DNA of 64,000 bases, from the IMG/VR virus record IMGVR_UViG_3300028591_000084, one strand, 5' to 3'. This document shows, piece by piece, positions 1-9,145 of this stretch. The position numbers and the translations under genes were made by a program. Within the stretch, counting starts at the first letter, position 1, and every line of letters begins with the position of its first letter. This DNA is from a virus (lineage: Duplodnaviria; Caudoviricetes). Under the pieces are notes generated by a model. That model had not been told where the DNA came from and searched no databases. It saw nothing but the letters and a program-made list of their open reading frames with translations.

Positions 1-170
1 ATTTAGTGATACATTTTTTCGACAAAAACGTCTATATAGTAAATGACATCTGGCGGCTAAAAAATGTATCATTTTTACTGGTTTCATGTCTTCTTTAGAT
101 CCTCTCATCCTGATACTTTTTGAAAAAAAGAAAGAGGCCTGGTCGTTTAAGCGACCATGGTCTCTAATAA
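1..170. repeat. Copy 1 of ~170 bp repeat (13-bp-arm palindrome plus minus-strand terminator); may continue beyond the window
   Basis: TGATACATTTTTT...AAAAAATGTATCA arms around CAAAAACGTCTATATAGTAAATGACATCTG, which is identical in copy 2. Confidence 0.85.
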
Positions 171-174
171 TTAA

Positions 175-231
175 TCATTTAATCTTTAAAATTTCAAATC
201 CTCTATCTCTTCTACCAATTTGATTACTAAT
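175..231 (-). pseudogene. Orphan 3' end of a third SF2-helicase-like paralogue
   Basis: Translates ISNQIGRRDRGFEILKIK*, matching C-termini ISNPKTNKRDPGFEILQVK and ISNKETGKRDSGFEILGLKE; in-frame stop upstream and no start codon. Confidence 0.75.
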
Positions 232-268
232 ATACCCTGATAGTTGTAATTAAATATAAATATAATAA

Positions 269-440
269 ATTTAAATGTACCATTTTTTCGGCAAAAACGT
301 CTATATAGTAAATGACATCTGACGGCTAAAAAATGGTACAATTTTAGTATGAGTGTCTTATTTAGATCCTCTCAGTGCAAACCTTTTTTGAATAAAAAAA
401 GAAAAGAGACCGGGGGCTATGTTGCCCACGATCTCTTAAT
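269..440. repeat. Copy 2 of ~170 bp repeat (palindrome plus terminator of the helicase gene)
   Basis: TGTACCATTTTTT...AAAAAATGGTACA arms with compensatory changes relative to copy 1. Confidence 0.85.
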
Positions 441-447
441 AGGTGTT

Positions 448-2535
448 TTATTTTACCTGCAAAATCTCAAAACCAGGATCTCTCTTATTCGTCTTTGGAT
501 TTGAGATTAAACAATACTTAACTTCAAACCAATTTTCTATTTCACTAGCCTTAGCTTTTTTTGAAATATTATTCTCGTTATATGCTGCTTGGATCTTAGC
601 TTTAATATCGGCCTTAGTATATTTTTCGCCAATAACAAACCTTTTCATTATAGAATCTCTTAGCTTACCTCCTTGTGATCCAATTAAGACTTGCAATTCA
701 TCTCTCAGTCGTTCTCTTCTGTAACCAAGAGCCTTTATTCTCTCCAACCCAAGGACATTATAAAATCCTACAAATTCCGTTGATGAAACTTGAAGAATAT
801 TATCCAATATCCTAGGATCATTAATATCAATAACTGTATCATAGAAAAGTTTCAATTTATCTTCCAAACTCTTCAAGGACTTTAGATCTTCAGCATACTT
901 ATCGACCATTTTACTAACCTCCTGATTGGCGTAATTTAGACCCATAGATTCGAACCTATTAAAAACAGTGAATCTATCTTTATAATCCAGTTGCTGAATA
1001 TCAAATGCCCTTTGTTCTGCTATTAGGACAAGGTTATTAAGGACTGGAGCTGGTTGAGAACCAGAGTGTCTACTTATACCAATATAGTCCTCAGAGTAAG
1101 AAGAATAGTCAATATCATGCGAATATTTCAGGAGTAAAGCTCTTTTACCCTCAATATCATCCTCATTATTGTAGGTTCTCAGTAACTTCTCTGTGATTCT
1201 TTTCTTATTCTTAACAATATCATCAAACTGTTCCTTTGTTATTTCTTTTTTACAGTTAGTGACGATAAACATCTCAGCTCTGTCTTTCCAAGGGTTAATC
1301 TCTAATCTCTGTCTTCCCATAATCTGAGGTAGATCTAGGGTAATATCAACAGACAAAGAATCAATATTAGCATCACTAAAGATAAACGTTCTAGCACAAG
1401 GACTATAAAAATCTGCCCCAAGATAAACGGTTCTAGTACAGAAAGTAAACATCTTTCTTGTTTCATCTTTCTTAGGTACTTTCCCAATAACCTGGACCTT
1501 ATTGTCTGTTATTCTGAATGCTTTTCTTAGTTTAATCTCATTTTCTTTTGTTCTAGCACAAAGAACATTACACTCATCCAGGGTTAGGTGATTAGACTTA
1601 ATAGCGTTACAGATATCCTTTACTGAATTAAGATACAGAACAGCTTCAGTCGACTGAATAGTTATAACTTCCCCATTATCAGCTTTTTGAGAAAACATAT
1701 CACCCCTATTAGCCCTATATCTTCTAACAATCTTCTTCAGTTCTCCCGCTAAGGTTTTCTTGGGAAATTCATTAGGACCACACCAAGTTATCTCTAAGTT
1801 TGGTTTTGTAACTCGATTGGGGTCTTCTTTTATCCAGTCTAACTCAATATAAGGAAGATCTTTAAACTCATCCATCTGATCGAGATAAGACTCAATCATA
1901 GGAGTAGCTGATACAAAACAGACCTTTTGAAGATCTTGAACCTGCTCGACAAACTCTAATTCTGTGTCGGCCTTAAATCTGGCGTCGACGAAAATTGACT
2001 GAAACTCATCGATAACTACTTGAAAATTGGGCAGTACACCAAGTTTGTTCAGTGCTTCCTTAACGTGCCTAAAAGAATCGTAAGTCACGAGAAATTTAAC
2101 AGGTCTTCCTATTCTCTTACATTTTTTGTAATAATCAACTACTTCATTTTTTAGACTAATAACTCTTGTTTTCAGTCCATTAAGTCTTTCTGTCTCAAGC
2201 CGTTCATAATATTCATCCCAGGACTCATCAGGACCCTTCGTACTTGGAATATCTTTCTTCCTTTCCAGATCTTTTTCAAAATTAGCGATCTTTTCATACT
2301 CATTTCTTACATAAAAAACTTCTCCGGGATGTTGATCCTCTTTATTCTCTAATAAAATTCTTCTTGGGGAACAAAGAATAAGATCCTGCTCATTTGTTAA
2401 GCAGTATTCAGTAAATCCACAACCCGTCAAGAGTTTATTGAGAATATGAGGAAAATCATACTTACTCAGAGAATAATCTTTCCAATCACTTAAGTACCTA
2501 ATTCCTCTCGGCACTATTATTTGTCTTTTTTCCAC
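448..2535 (-). CDS. SF2 (DExx) helicase-like protein, possibly origin-binding, with C-terminal putative DNA-binding domain; paralogue A
   Basis: Degenerate Walker A TGCGFT, VIDEFQ, SATP, YLGADFY, LPQIMGRQR; collinear with 46830-48992. Confidence 0.75.
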   Translation of the reverse strand: MEKRQIIVPRGIRYLSDWKDYSLSKYDFPHILNKLLTGCGFTEYCLTNEQDLILCSPRRILLENKEDQHPGEVFYVRNEYEKIANFEKDLERKKDIPSTKGPDESWDEYYERLETERLNGLKTRVISLKNEVVDYYKKCKRIGRPVKFLVTYDSFRHVKEALNKLGVLPNFQVVIDEFQSIFVDARFKADTELEFVEQVQDLQKVCFVSATPMIESYLDQMDEFKDLPYIELDWIKEDPNRVTKPNLEITWCGPNEFPKKTLAGELKKIVRRYRANRGDMFSQKADNGEVITIQSTEAVLYLNSVKDICNAIKSNHLTLDECNVLCARTKENEIKLRKAFRITDNKVQVIGKVPKKDETRKMFTFCTRTVYLGADFYSPCARTFIFSDANIDSLSVDITLDLPQIMGRQRLEINPWKDRAEMFIVTNCKKEITKEQFDDIVKNKKRITEKLLRTYNNEDDIEGKRALLLKYSHDIDYSSYSEDYIGISRHSGSQPAPVLNNLVLIAEQRAFDIQQLDYKDRFTVFNRFESMGLNYANQEVSKMVDKYAEDLKSLKSLEDKLKLFYDTVIDINDPRILDNILQVSSTEFVGFYNVLGLERIKALGYRRERLRDELQVLIGSQGGKLRDSIMKRFVIGEKYTKADIKAKIQAAYNENNISKKAKASEIENWFEVKYCLISNPKTNKRDPGFEILQVK

Positions 2536-2909
2536 TTCAATATTAATCTAAATTTAGTATCTTCTATGAATTTAAACTCCTCTTCAAGGGATCTAATCAT
2601 TTCTCTTTCTCTTTTTACTTTATACTTTGGACAATATTCTACAAAAAAACACCACCATGCAGCAACACGGCCAATGGTTGTATCTTCCTCTGCTAGCTTT
2701 TCTAAACGGACAAATTGGTTAAAATAATGCCAGCCATAATATTTCAAGCTATCCCGAGGTAAGAAATAAATATCATTCTCTTTTAGGAACAAGTAGACAT
2801 TCCTCTTAGAAAAAATCTCCTCTTTGCTAATAAAATATAAAGTTTCTCTTATATTTTCGTCAACAATAGCTTTCGTTCTTGGAAAACTAATCTTATAAAG
2901 CCGTTTCAT
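2517..2909 (-). CDS. hypothetical protein
   Basis: 130 aa ORF in an operon-like run. Confidence 0.6.
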   Translation of the reverse strand: MKRLYKISFPRTKAIVDENIRETLYFISKEEIFSKRNVYLFLKENDIYFLPRDSLKYYGWHYFNQFVRLEKLAEEDTTIGRVAAWWCFFVEYCPKYKVKREREMIRSLEEEFKFIEDTKFRLILKWKKDK

Positions 2910-2915
2910 ATCCTC

Positions 2916-3248
2916 TTACGGCATCATCGGTTCACTGTCTATCTTAAACTTACCTGTCTTTGAATCAATAGAAAATGTACCAATTGAGCTAGGGGAACGA
3001 AGACCTGTACGGCCCTCAAAAAAGTATAGAGTTCTATCTATTACAAATTTTTTACTAGCTATCTTAGATCCCATTAAGAAAACTAACGTATCCTTAATCT
3101 CTTCATAAATAGTCTCTTTGTCTTTCTTATTCAGGCCTAAATACTCTTCTCCCTCTAGAAGTACTGTCTTAGATTTAACACCATTAGGATATAACACACA
3201 AAAGTCTCTATTACCAAAAAGTAAATGATAGTAATATTTCATTTTCAA
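2916..3248 (-). CDS. hypothetical protein, paralogue of 3245-3583
   Basis: Shared IYxExxDxL...SKKF/YxID motif. Confidence 0.65.
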   Translation of the reverse strand: MKMKYYYHLLFGNRDFCVLYPNGVKSKTVLLEGEEYLGLNKKDKETIYEEIKDTLVFLMGSKIASKKFVIDRTLYFFEGRTGLRSPSSIGTFSIDSKTGKFKIDSEPMMP

Positions 3249-3583
3249 GGCACAATGACTTTAAATAACCCAGTTTTTGACAAGAAGTTAAAACTACACT
3301 TCTTAATAAAGGTCGAATCAACACCGTCCCAACCAATCCGAACAGTAAGAGTGTCTATGATATATTTTTTGCTGACAAATTTGTGGCCTCTCTCAACTGT
3401 TAGAAGATCCTCTAGTTCAGCATAAATTAAGCCTATTGACTTTTCTCTTTCATAATTATTAATAAAACTTAGATATATAGGTTTAAGTCCAATTAAGTAT
3501 AGAAATTTTGTTCTATATTGGCAAGGCAAAACAAAATCAACCCCTAAGTAATTATAGAAATAAATTTGATAACACTCCGTCAT
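3245..3583 (-). CDS. hypothetical protein, paralogue of 2916-3248
   Basis: ATGA overlap with the downstream paralogue. Confidence 0.65.
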   Translation of the reverse strand: MTECYQIYFYNYLGVDFVLPCQYRTKFLYLIGLKPIYLSFINNYEREKSIGLIYAELEDLLTVERGHKFVSKKYIIDTLTVRIGWDGVDSTFIKKCSFNFLSKTGLFKVIVP

Positions 3584-3925
3584 ATTAAAAAATCATAGTG
3601 CATTACTAATTTTGGGATCGTTTGAAGCACAAATTTCGCTATTTCTCTGATTCTTAAATTTAATCTGATTTCGTATTAATTTTAAATTTACACTGTTAAG
3701 TAACATTTAGTAAACATATTATTACACAGATAAGGGATTAGGGCCTTAATGATGTGGAAAATATTATCTCAATCTTTTGGTTTTGTGGTGTAAATATCAG
3801 GATCTATTAAACATGATGAGATCATGACTCCTCAGGGCCTTAATAAAAAAGATGATTTGGAACTTTAAAAACTTGATTCTGATTTCTTGCGGAAAAGATA
3901 AAATCAATGACATGGTTCAAATATT

Positions 3926-4378
3926 TTGTTGTATATGAAGCTTTTTAGAGTAATTTTAAAACCCCATATTATTGTCAAGTTTAATTTTAGTGTTTACTGT
4001 GATCATTACTCCACGTACTTTCTCTGTGAAGACGAGCATATACTAAAGGATTCTTCATTGGTATTTAAAACTATTAGTAAGATTGATGAATTATCGCTCG
4101 ATTGTGACTTCACTAACAAGGATTATCGTTTTGAAAAAGTGTGGGAAGAAGGAGAAGTAAGGTGGACTGATGAAAAAGATCATCTTTTAAGGGAGGATCT
4201 TAAACACTTATTTCCAGAAGTAGATATTAGAAAGTTTTTTAACCTTAGCATTATTTATAAAATTCTAAAAGAAAGAAGATCGCATAGCTGTAGCTGTATA
4301 TATAATTATGGTCTCTTACCAAAAGTAAGAAGTATACAAATAACTACGACTATTTTTCTCATTGACAATCAACCTTAA
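3926..4378 (+). CDS. hypothetical protein (probable ATG at 3935)
   Basis: ORF followed by hairpin and T tract. Confidence 0.55.
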   Translation: MLYMKLFRVILKPHIIVKFNFSVYCDHYSTYFLCEDEHILKDSSLVFKTISKIDELSLDCDFTNKDYRFEKVWEEGEVRWTDEKDHLLREDLKHLFPEVDIRKFFNLSIIYKILKERRSHSCSCIYNYGLLPKVRSIQITTTIFLIDNQP

Positions 4379-4434
4379 AGAAATTGCCTGTAACAAGGTA
4401 ATTTTTTTTCAAAACCTATCTCTAAACTCTCCTC

Positions 4435-4450
4435 AAAGCCTTATATATGT
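4435..4450 (+). promoter_or_regulatory. phage promoter motif AAAGCCTTATATATGT
   Basis: Motif AAnnCYTTAnnnnTG recurs upstream of most transcription units. Confidence 0.7.
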
Positions 4451-4525
4451 GACTGAAACGTAGTAAGTTACCTTCCGAAGGATTAGCGGGTTCCGATCCT
4501 AAGGAATGAGAAAAAAAAGGAACCT
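4449..4525 (+). ncRNA. Structured leader RNA motif, copy 1
   Basis: Near-identical to 10366-10440; stems GTRACT/AGTTAC and GGTTCC/GGAACC, possible pseudoknot AGGAT/ATCCT. Confidence 0.55.
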
Positions 4526-4540
4526 GACAACAACAAGTAT

Positions 4541-5434
4541 ATGAGAAACGTTACTATTGTCTACCATAAGGTGGATTTCGACGGACTTGGCAGTGCACTA
4601 ATTGCCAAGGATGTAATGAAGGATTCCGACCATGTAATAGAACTGATCGGTTGGAACTACGGGGATCAGATCCCCAACCTTGACCGGGATGTAGTAGTCC
4701 TGGTTGACATATCATTTCCAAAAGAGATAATGAGAAGTTTAGATCCGAATCGAACAATTTGGATCGACCATCACGTCTCTGCCTTGAAAGACGCAGAGGA
4801 AGGTGGCTACAACAATCTGCCCGGTATTCGCCGGGTGGGAATCGGCGCAATAGCACTGACATGGGAGCTCTTCCATTCTGAGGGGGAACTTCCCGAGGTT
4901 ATCAGTCTTCTGGCCAAGCACGACGTTTGGTTGAAAGACGGGGAATGGGAAAGCAGAACTGTCCCGTTCCAACGCGGATTACGAACTTCATTGGGTATGA
5001 GCCTGGAGAAGCTCGAAAAGATCTGGCCCCAACTCCTCAGGGGCGAAAAAATTGAGGAGTTGATCGACTTAGGCCGTACAATTGATAAGTACGACCAAGA
5101 TCGGTTCAGCGTGGCTTTGAAGCGCTTTAGCTTCGAGGCTAAAATTGGTGATTTGACAGCTATATGCATGATGTCAAACGATTGGGGAGGACATCTGTTC
5201 CGCTCAGTCGAAAGCCAATACCCTGTTCTGGCATGTATCAACGTTGATGCACAGAAAAGCCGGCAGGGTGGAAAGAATATCTATCAGATGAGCCTTTATG
5301 GCACTGACAGATGCGATGCAGATCTTAGCATTATAGCCAAAGCCCATGGCGGCGGAGGACATGCTAGGGCATGTGGGTTCCCCTTGACGGAGGAGGAATT
5401 CATCCATCTCATGACGAGAAGGGAACTCATCTGA
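4541..5434 (+). CDS. DHH/DHHA1 family phosphoesterase
   Basis: YHKVDFDG, LVDIS, WIDHH, GGGGHARACGF. Confidence 0.9.
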   Translation: MRNVTIVYHKVDFDGLGSALIAKDVMKDSDHVIELIGWNYGDQIPNLDRDVVVLVDISFPKEIMRSLDPNRTIWIDHHVSALKDAEEGGYNNLPGIRRVGIGAIALTWELFHSEGELPEVISLLAKHDVWLKDGEWESRTVPFQRGLRTSLGMSLEKLEKIWPQLLRGEKIEELIDLGRTIDKYDQDRFSVALKRFSFEAKIGDLTAICMMSNDWGGHLFRSVESQYPVLACINVDAQKSRQGGKNIYQMSLYGTDRCDADLSIIAKAHGGGGHARACGFPLTEEEFIHLMTRRELI

Positions 5435-5442
5435 AAGGAGGG

Positions 5443-5475
5443 GGCCGAGATGTAAAAGTCTCGGCTTTCTTTTTT
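5443..5475 (+). terminator. intrinsic terminator
   Basis: GGCCGAGA-TGTAAAAG-TCTCGGCT followed by T tract. Confidence 0.7.
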
Positions 5476-5603
5476 AACTGGACTCTGTATTAGAATTCCT
5501 TCGGATCCTTATATATGTGACTGGAAGATGGAGGAGTTTAATTCCCCTTCTCTTTTTATGCCTTAAATTAGGGGGAAAATAAACCTACCTTTGAACTCTC
5601 CTC

Positions 5604-5619
5604 AAAGCCTTATATATGT
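5604..5619 (+). promoter_or_regulatory. phage promoter motif
   Basis: AAAGCCTTATATATGT; upstream ~25 nt duplicates 4411-4434. Confidence 0.7.
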
Positions 5620-6245
5620 AAGATTAGAATATTACCTAAAGGATTAGAACGATGATTCTAATCATTTAGTTTTCTGTAGTTGAAACGTATACTACTAACT
5701 TATGCAATACTAAAGGTGGTTTGGGGGACTTGCATAAGGACAATCAAGAAAAGAGAAACTTGGCTTCGTCAGGGCGAAGTAAAAATATCCAAACAGATTA
5801 GTTCATTATATATAAGAGCTGGTTACTCTTGAACTAATTTATAGGCCCTGAGCGTAATATAAGGAAAAGTAAATATATTGAACACGATAACCAGTGCTGA
5901 TCCTTTTGGTGACGCAAGTGTTATCAATTTTTAGATAAATTTTCTCCAACTGAAAAAGATTGGGGAGCGGTAAGAAGCCACTAAGAGAGGATCTTAGGAT
6001 TAGGACCTTACCAAAACGCAGTAACCGGGGTACCCTGGTGAACTCAGAAGACTTAATGTAATATCTGTATATATTCTTAAGTTGGAGGGAGCGTGGAATG
6101 TCGGGATTAGGGTACAGCCTGATTACAGATAATGATCCTTACCTGGAGAAGGTACGTAAAGTAGGAAATTATCTGTGACATGACAAAAGACCTTAAGAGA
6201 GAAACTTAAGGCAAAGAATTATATTAAGAGACGAAACCAATATTT
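5620..6245 (+). ncRNA. Large multi-pseudoknot non-coding RNA candidate
   Basis: ~620 nt with no ORF of 60 aa or more, after a promoter; many stems and loop-loop complementarities. Confidence 0.65.
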
Positions 6246-6253
6246 ATAATTAT

Positions 6254-6439
6254 ATGAAAAAGGATTTATTAATAGACGTAATGGTTTTGTTAACCATCGT
6301 CTTATTCGTTGGCTCTTTTATGGGAACCAACAGTGGATCAACGGCTGGCGCTACAGCATTTGTTACGCTAGTAGTAATCGTTCGTAAATTATTCTTCAAT
6401 GAAAATTCCCCTGTATACTGGAGGGACGTTGAGGAATAA
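6254..6439 (+). CDS. small two-helix membrane protein
   Basis: Two hydrophobic segments; terminator at 6444-6487. Confidence 0.7.
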   Translation: MKKDLLIDVMVLLTIVLFVGSFMGTNSGSTAGATAFVTLVVIVRKLFFNENSPVYWRDVEE

Positions 6440-6488
6440 ACGAAAAAGGAAGTCTAATCGTAACAATAGGCTTCCTTTTAATTTTTAT

Positions 6489-6573
6489 CATGAGTAATTA
6501 AGTAGACTTTGATTAGAGAAGTTATCTTAATCTGATGAGGCTAGATTCATTTAAGGAAAAGCCGAAACTCATG
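6489..6573 (+). ncRNA. Type III hammerhead ribozyme
   Basis: Stem III CATGAGT/ACTCATG, GUA cleavage triplet 6494-6496, stem I ATTAAG/CTTAAT, CTGATGA core, stem II GGCT/AGCC, GAAA. Confidence 0.9.
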
Positions 6574-6704
6574 GTTAACTTAACGCTAACTAAAGACTTA
6601 ATATTCTAATCTTTGTAACTACTTAATATCCTTAAATTGGAGACGTAGTTTATTTTTTTTTTCATCCCGTTAATTCTTTATTTATGATTAAATAACGCAA
6701 ATAT

Positions 6705-6989
6705 ATGGAAAAAGAACAACTTTCTAAGATTTTTGAGTCAACTTATAAAAGAATTGACGAAAGAATAGAGGATCAGAAGAAGATTCTAGAGTCTATTCAT
6801 GAAAAGACTATTAAAGATCGTGTAAAAAGTTTCTTCCAAAGTGAGGAGGAGAACTGTGACAGAAAACGTCGTGCAGGATTAGTGCATGAGGCAATCAAGG
6901 AAACTCACGAAAGAGAGCTTGAAAATCTACTCTTAGTGCGTGAAGGAGTAGAAATGATTGAAAATGAAATAAACAAAGAAGGGGCTTAG
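6705..6989 (+). CDS. hypothetical coiled-coil protein
   Basis: 94 aa ORF after a promoter motif. Confidence 0.65.
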   Translation: MEKEQLSKIFESTYKRIDERIEDQKKILESIHEKTIKDRVKSFFQSEEENCDRKRRAGLVHEAIKETHERELENLLLVREGVEMIENEINKEGA

Positions 6990-7033
6990 TGCCTCTTTTT
7001 CTTTTCATCCCGCCTAATCACCTTATTCCTGAT

Positions 7034-8413
7034 ATGAAAGAAATATTAAAATTTATTGGAGAAATAGCAGAAGAATTAGGATTGTCTGCTTATGTTGTTG
7101 GAGGTTATGTCCGTGATGAGATACTTGGACGTAACTCTTATGATATTGATATCCTGGTTGTGGGAAAGGGAGTGAAGCTAGCCGAAGAAGTTGGTAAGAG
7201 AACTAATTCTAAGGTTCTAGTTTTTAAGAATTTTGGAACAGCTCAACTCATCTACCAGGAACAAGTTATAGAATTTGTTGGTGCTAGAAAAGAGTCATAT
7301 CAAAGAGGATCCAGAAAGCCTATAGTTGAAGAAGGAACTTTGGAAGACGATTTAACAAGGCGGGATTTTACAATTAATGCTATTGCCAAATCAATAATGC
7401 CAAGAGATTTTGGAACTATTATTGATTTGTTTGGTGGCCAGGAAGATATTAAACTTGGTATTATAAAATCCCCTACTGATCCTTTAATAACCTTTTCTGA
7501 CGATCCTCTTAGAATGCTGAGGGCTATAAGATTTGCCACAACACTAGGCTTTGAAATAGATCCAACTACTTTTGAAGCAATCAAAAAAACTGTTGATAGA
7601 TTAGATATTATCAGTCCAGAAAGGATTACCACAGAATTATGCAAGATTATGTCATCTAATGATCCTGGAACTGGAATAGATTTACTAAAGGAGTCAGGTC
7701 TTTTAAAGAAGATTATACCGGAACTTGATATTCTTGATACCTCAGATAGTGAATGTGGTCGAGGTCATAAGAATAATTACTGGCACTCTGTTCAAGTCCT
7801 AAGAGGTGTTGCTGATAAGTCTAATTCTTTATGGCTTAGATGGGCAGCGCTTCTTCACGATATAGGTAAAGAGCCTACAAAGAAGTTTATAGGTGGGGAC
7901 GAAGGTTGGTCTTTTATTGGTCATGAGGCTATCGGTGCTGATATGGCTGAGGTCATATTTAGAAGATTGAAATTACCATTGGGAGATACAGTAAAGTATG
8001 TTAAAAAGCTAATCAATCTTCATATGAGACCTGCTTATATTAGTACTAGTGAAATAACAGACTCTGGTGTTAGACGGCTCTTATTTGATGCTGGTGATGA
8101 TTTTGATGATTTAATGATCCTTTGTAGATCTGACTTGACAACAAAGAGAGAGGATAAAAGGGAGAGAATTGAAAAGCACTATGATCAACTCCAAAGTCTC
8201 GTTAGTGATCTTAAAGAAAGGGATCAAAGAAGATTATTCCAACCTTGTATAAACGGAAATGATATTAAAGAGCGCTACGGACTTAGAACTGGAAGACTAG
8301 TGGGTCAACTTAAGAATTTTATTAAAGAAGGAGTTTTAGATGGGAGACTAGAAAACACCAGATCCTGTCTATTTAAAGCGCTGGATGAAGAATGGAATCG
8401 GATAAAGAAATAA
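7034..8413 (+). CDS. cca: CCA-adding tRNA nucleotidyltransferase with HD domain
   Basis: VGGYVRD, DIDI, RRDFTINA, DPLRMLRAIRF, LLHDIGK; ATG at 7034 preferred over GTG at 6989. Confidence 0.9.
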   Translation: MKEILKFIGEIAEELGLSAYVVGGYVRDEILGRNSYDIDILVVGKGVKLAEEVGKRTNSKVLVFKNFGTAQLIYQEQVIEFVGARKESYQRGSRKPIVEEGTLEDDLTRRDFTINAIAKSIMPRDFGTIIDLFGGQEDIKLGIIKSPTDPLITFSDDPLRMLRAIRFATTLGFEIDPTTFEAIKKTVDRLDIISPERITTELCKIMSSNDPGTGIDLLKESGLLKKIIPELDILDTSDSECGRGHKNNYWHSVQVLRGVADKSNSLWLRWAALLHDIGKEPTKKFIGGDEGWSFIGHEAIGADMAEVIFRRLKLPLGDTVKYVKKLINLHMRPAYISTSEITDSGVRRLLFDAGDDFDDLMILCRSDLTTKREDKRERIEKHYDQLQSLVSDLKERDQRRLFQPCINGNDIKERYGLRTGRLVGQLKNFIKEGVLDGRLENTRSCLFKALDEEWNRIKK

Positions 8414-9006
8414 AACTTATTGTTTTTGCTATCCAACCAGACTATGAATTTCCTCTAACAATACCAGAAAAGCAGCGGGTACTTCAATCAAATCTAGAAG
8501 ACTGCTCAATTTTAAAAAGAGTTGAAGTCCTTAAAGCCTTCTTTGAAAATCTGAAGGATGATACTCAAACTCAAATTATTAAAACAAAAGATATAGTGCT
8601 GCTTGAGACTATAATCAGATTCTTAGCTTCTCATGAAAAGTATGAGAGTAAGGTAAAGTATGCTCTAGAGACTGTAGATGGTGCTGTCAGTCATAGTAAA
8701 CTCTGGTTTCTTAGTAGCAAGGTGATGTGGATGAGGGTATCCAGTTTATGTGGAAGAAAACACGCCTCTCTATTTCGTGGAATGTGGTCGTGGACTAGGA
8801 CGGAAGATAATTGGAGAGTAGGTAGACGACCACCAAAGAATAAAACTATTCTTGTTTGGAAGAGCGGCATGGGAGAGCCTATTGTCGCTAAAGTCGGACC
8901 AAATCGAGATTTTCAGCCCTTAGATCCTTCGGTTAAACTGGAAGGAAAAGATTATATGTGGAAAGTAATTGATTTTAAAACACCAATAATTTATGAAGAA
9001 CGTTAA
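8392..9006 (+). CDS. hypothetical protein
   Basis: 204 aa ORF. Confidence 0.6.
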   Translation: MESDKEIKLIVFAIQPDYEFPLTIPEKQRVLQSNLEDCSILKRVEVLKAFFENLKDDTQTQIIKTKDIVLLETIIRFLASHEKYESKVKYALETVDGAVSHSKLWFLSSKVMWMRVSSLCGRKHASLFRGMWSWTRTEDNWRVGRRPPKNKTILVWKSGMGEPIVAKVGPNRDFQPLDPSVKLEGKDYMWKVIDFKTPIIYEER

Positions 9007-9145
9007 AAAGATTAGTTTAGCAGCCCTTGGAATAATGGGAATCACAATACTCGGCACAATTGCGGTAGGTTATTATACTGTCATTTCTGCCGTCAAAGGA
9101 ATTCAGGAGATGAAGTTGGAAGATGAAGACCTCTTGGATGGATAA
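8993..9145 (+). CDS. small membrane protein (50 aa, not in the ORF track)
   Basis: MKNVKKISLAALGIMGITILGTIAVGYYTVISAVKGIQEMKLEDEDLLDG fills the gap, overlapping both neighbours. Confidence 0.6.
   Translation: MKNVKKISLAALGIMGITILGTIAVGYYTVISAVKGIQEMKLEDEDLLDG

Noticed and set aside
175-231. Diversity-generating retroelement template for the helicase C-terminus
   Set aside because: Differences from the helicase ends are not adenine-specific and there is no reverse transcriptase in the window.
4554-5407. Antisense ORFs over the DHH gene, and similar shadow ORFs such as 443-724, 32976-33386, 34365-34577, 35565-35756, 40513-40887
   Set aside because: They overlap well-supported genes or RNAs on another frame or strand and lack motifs.
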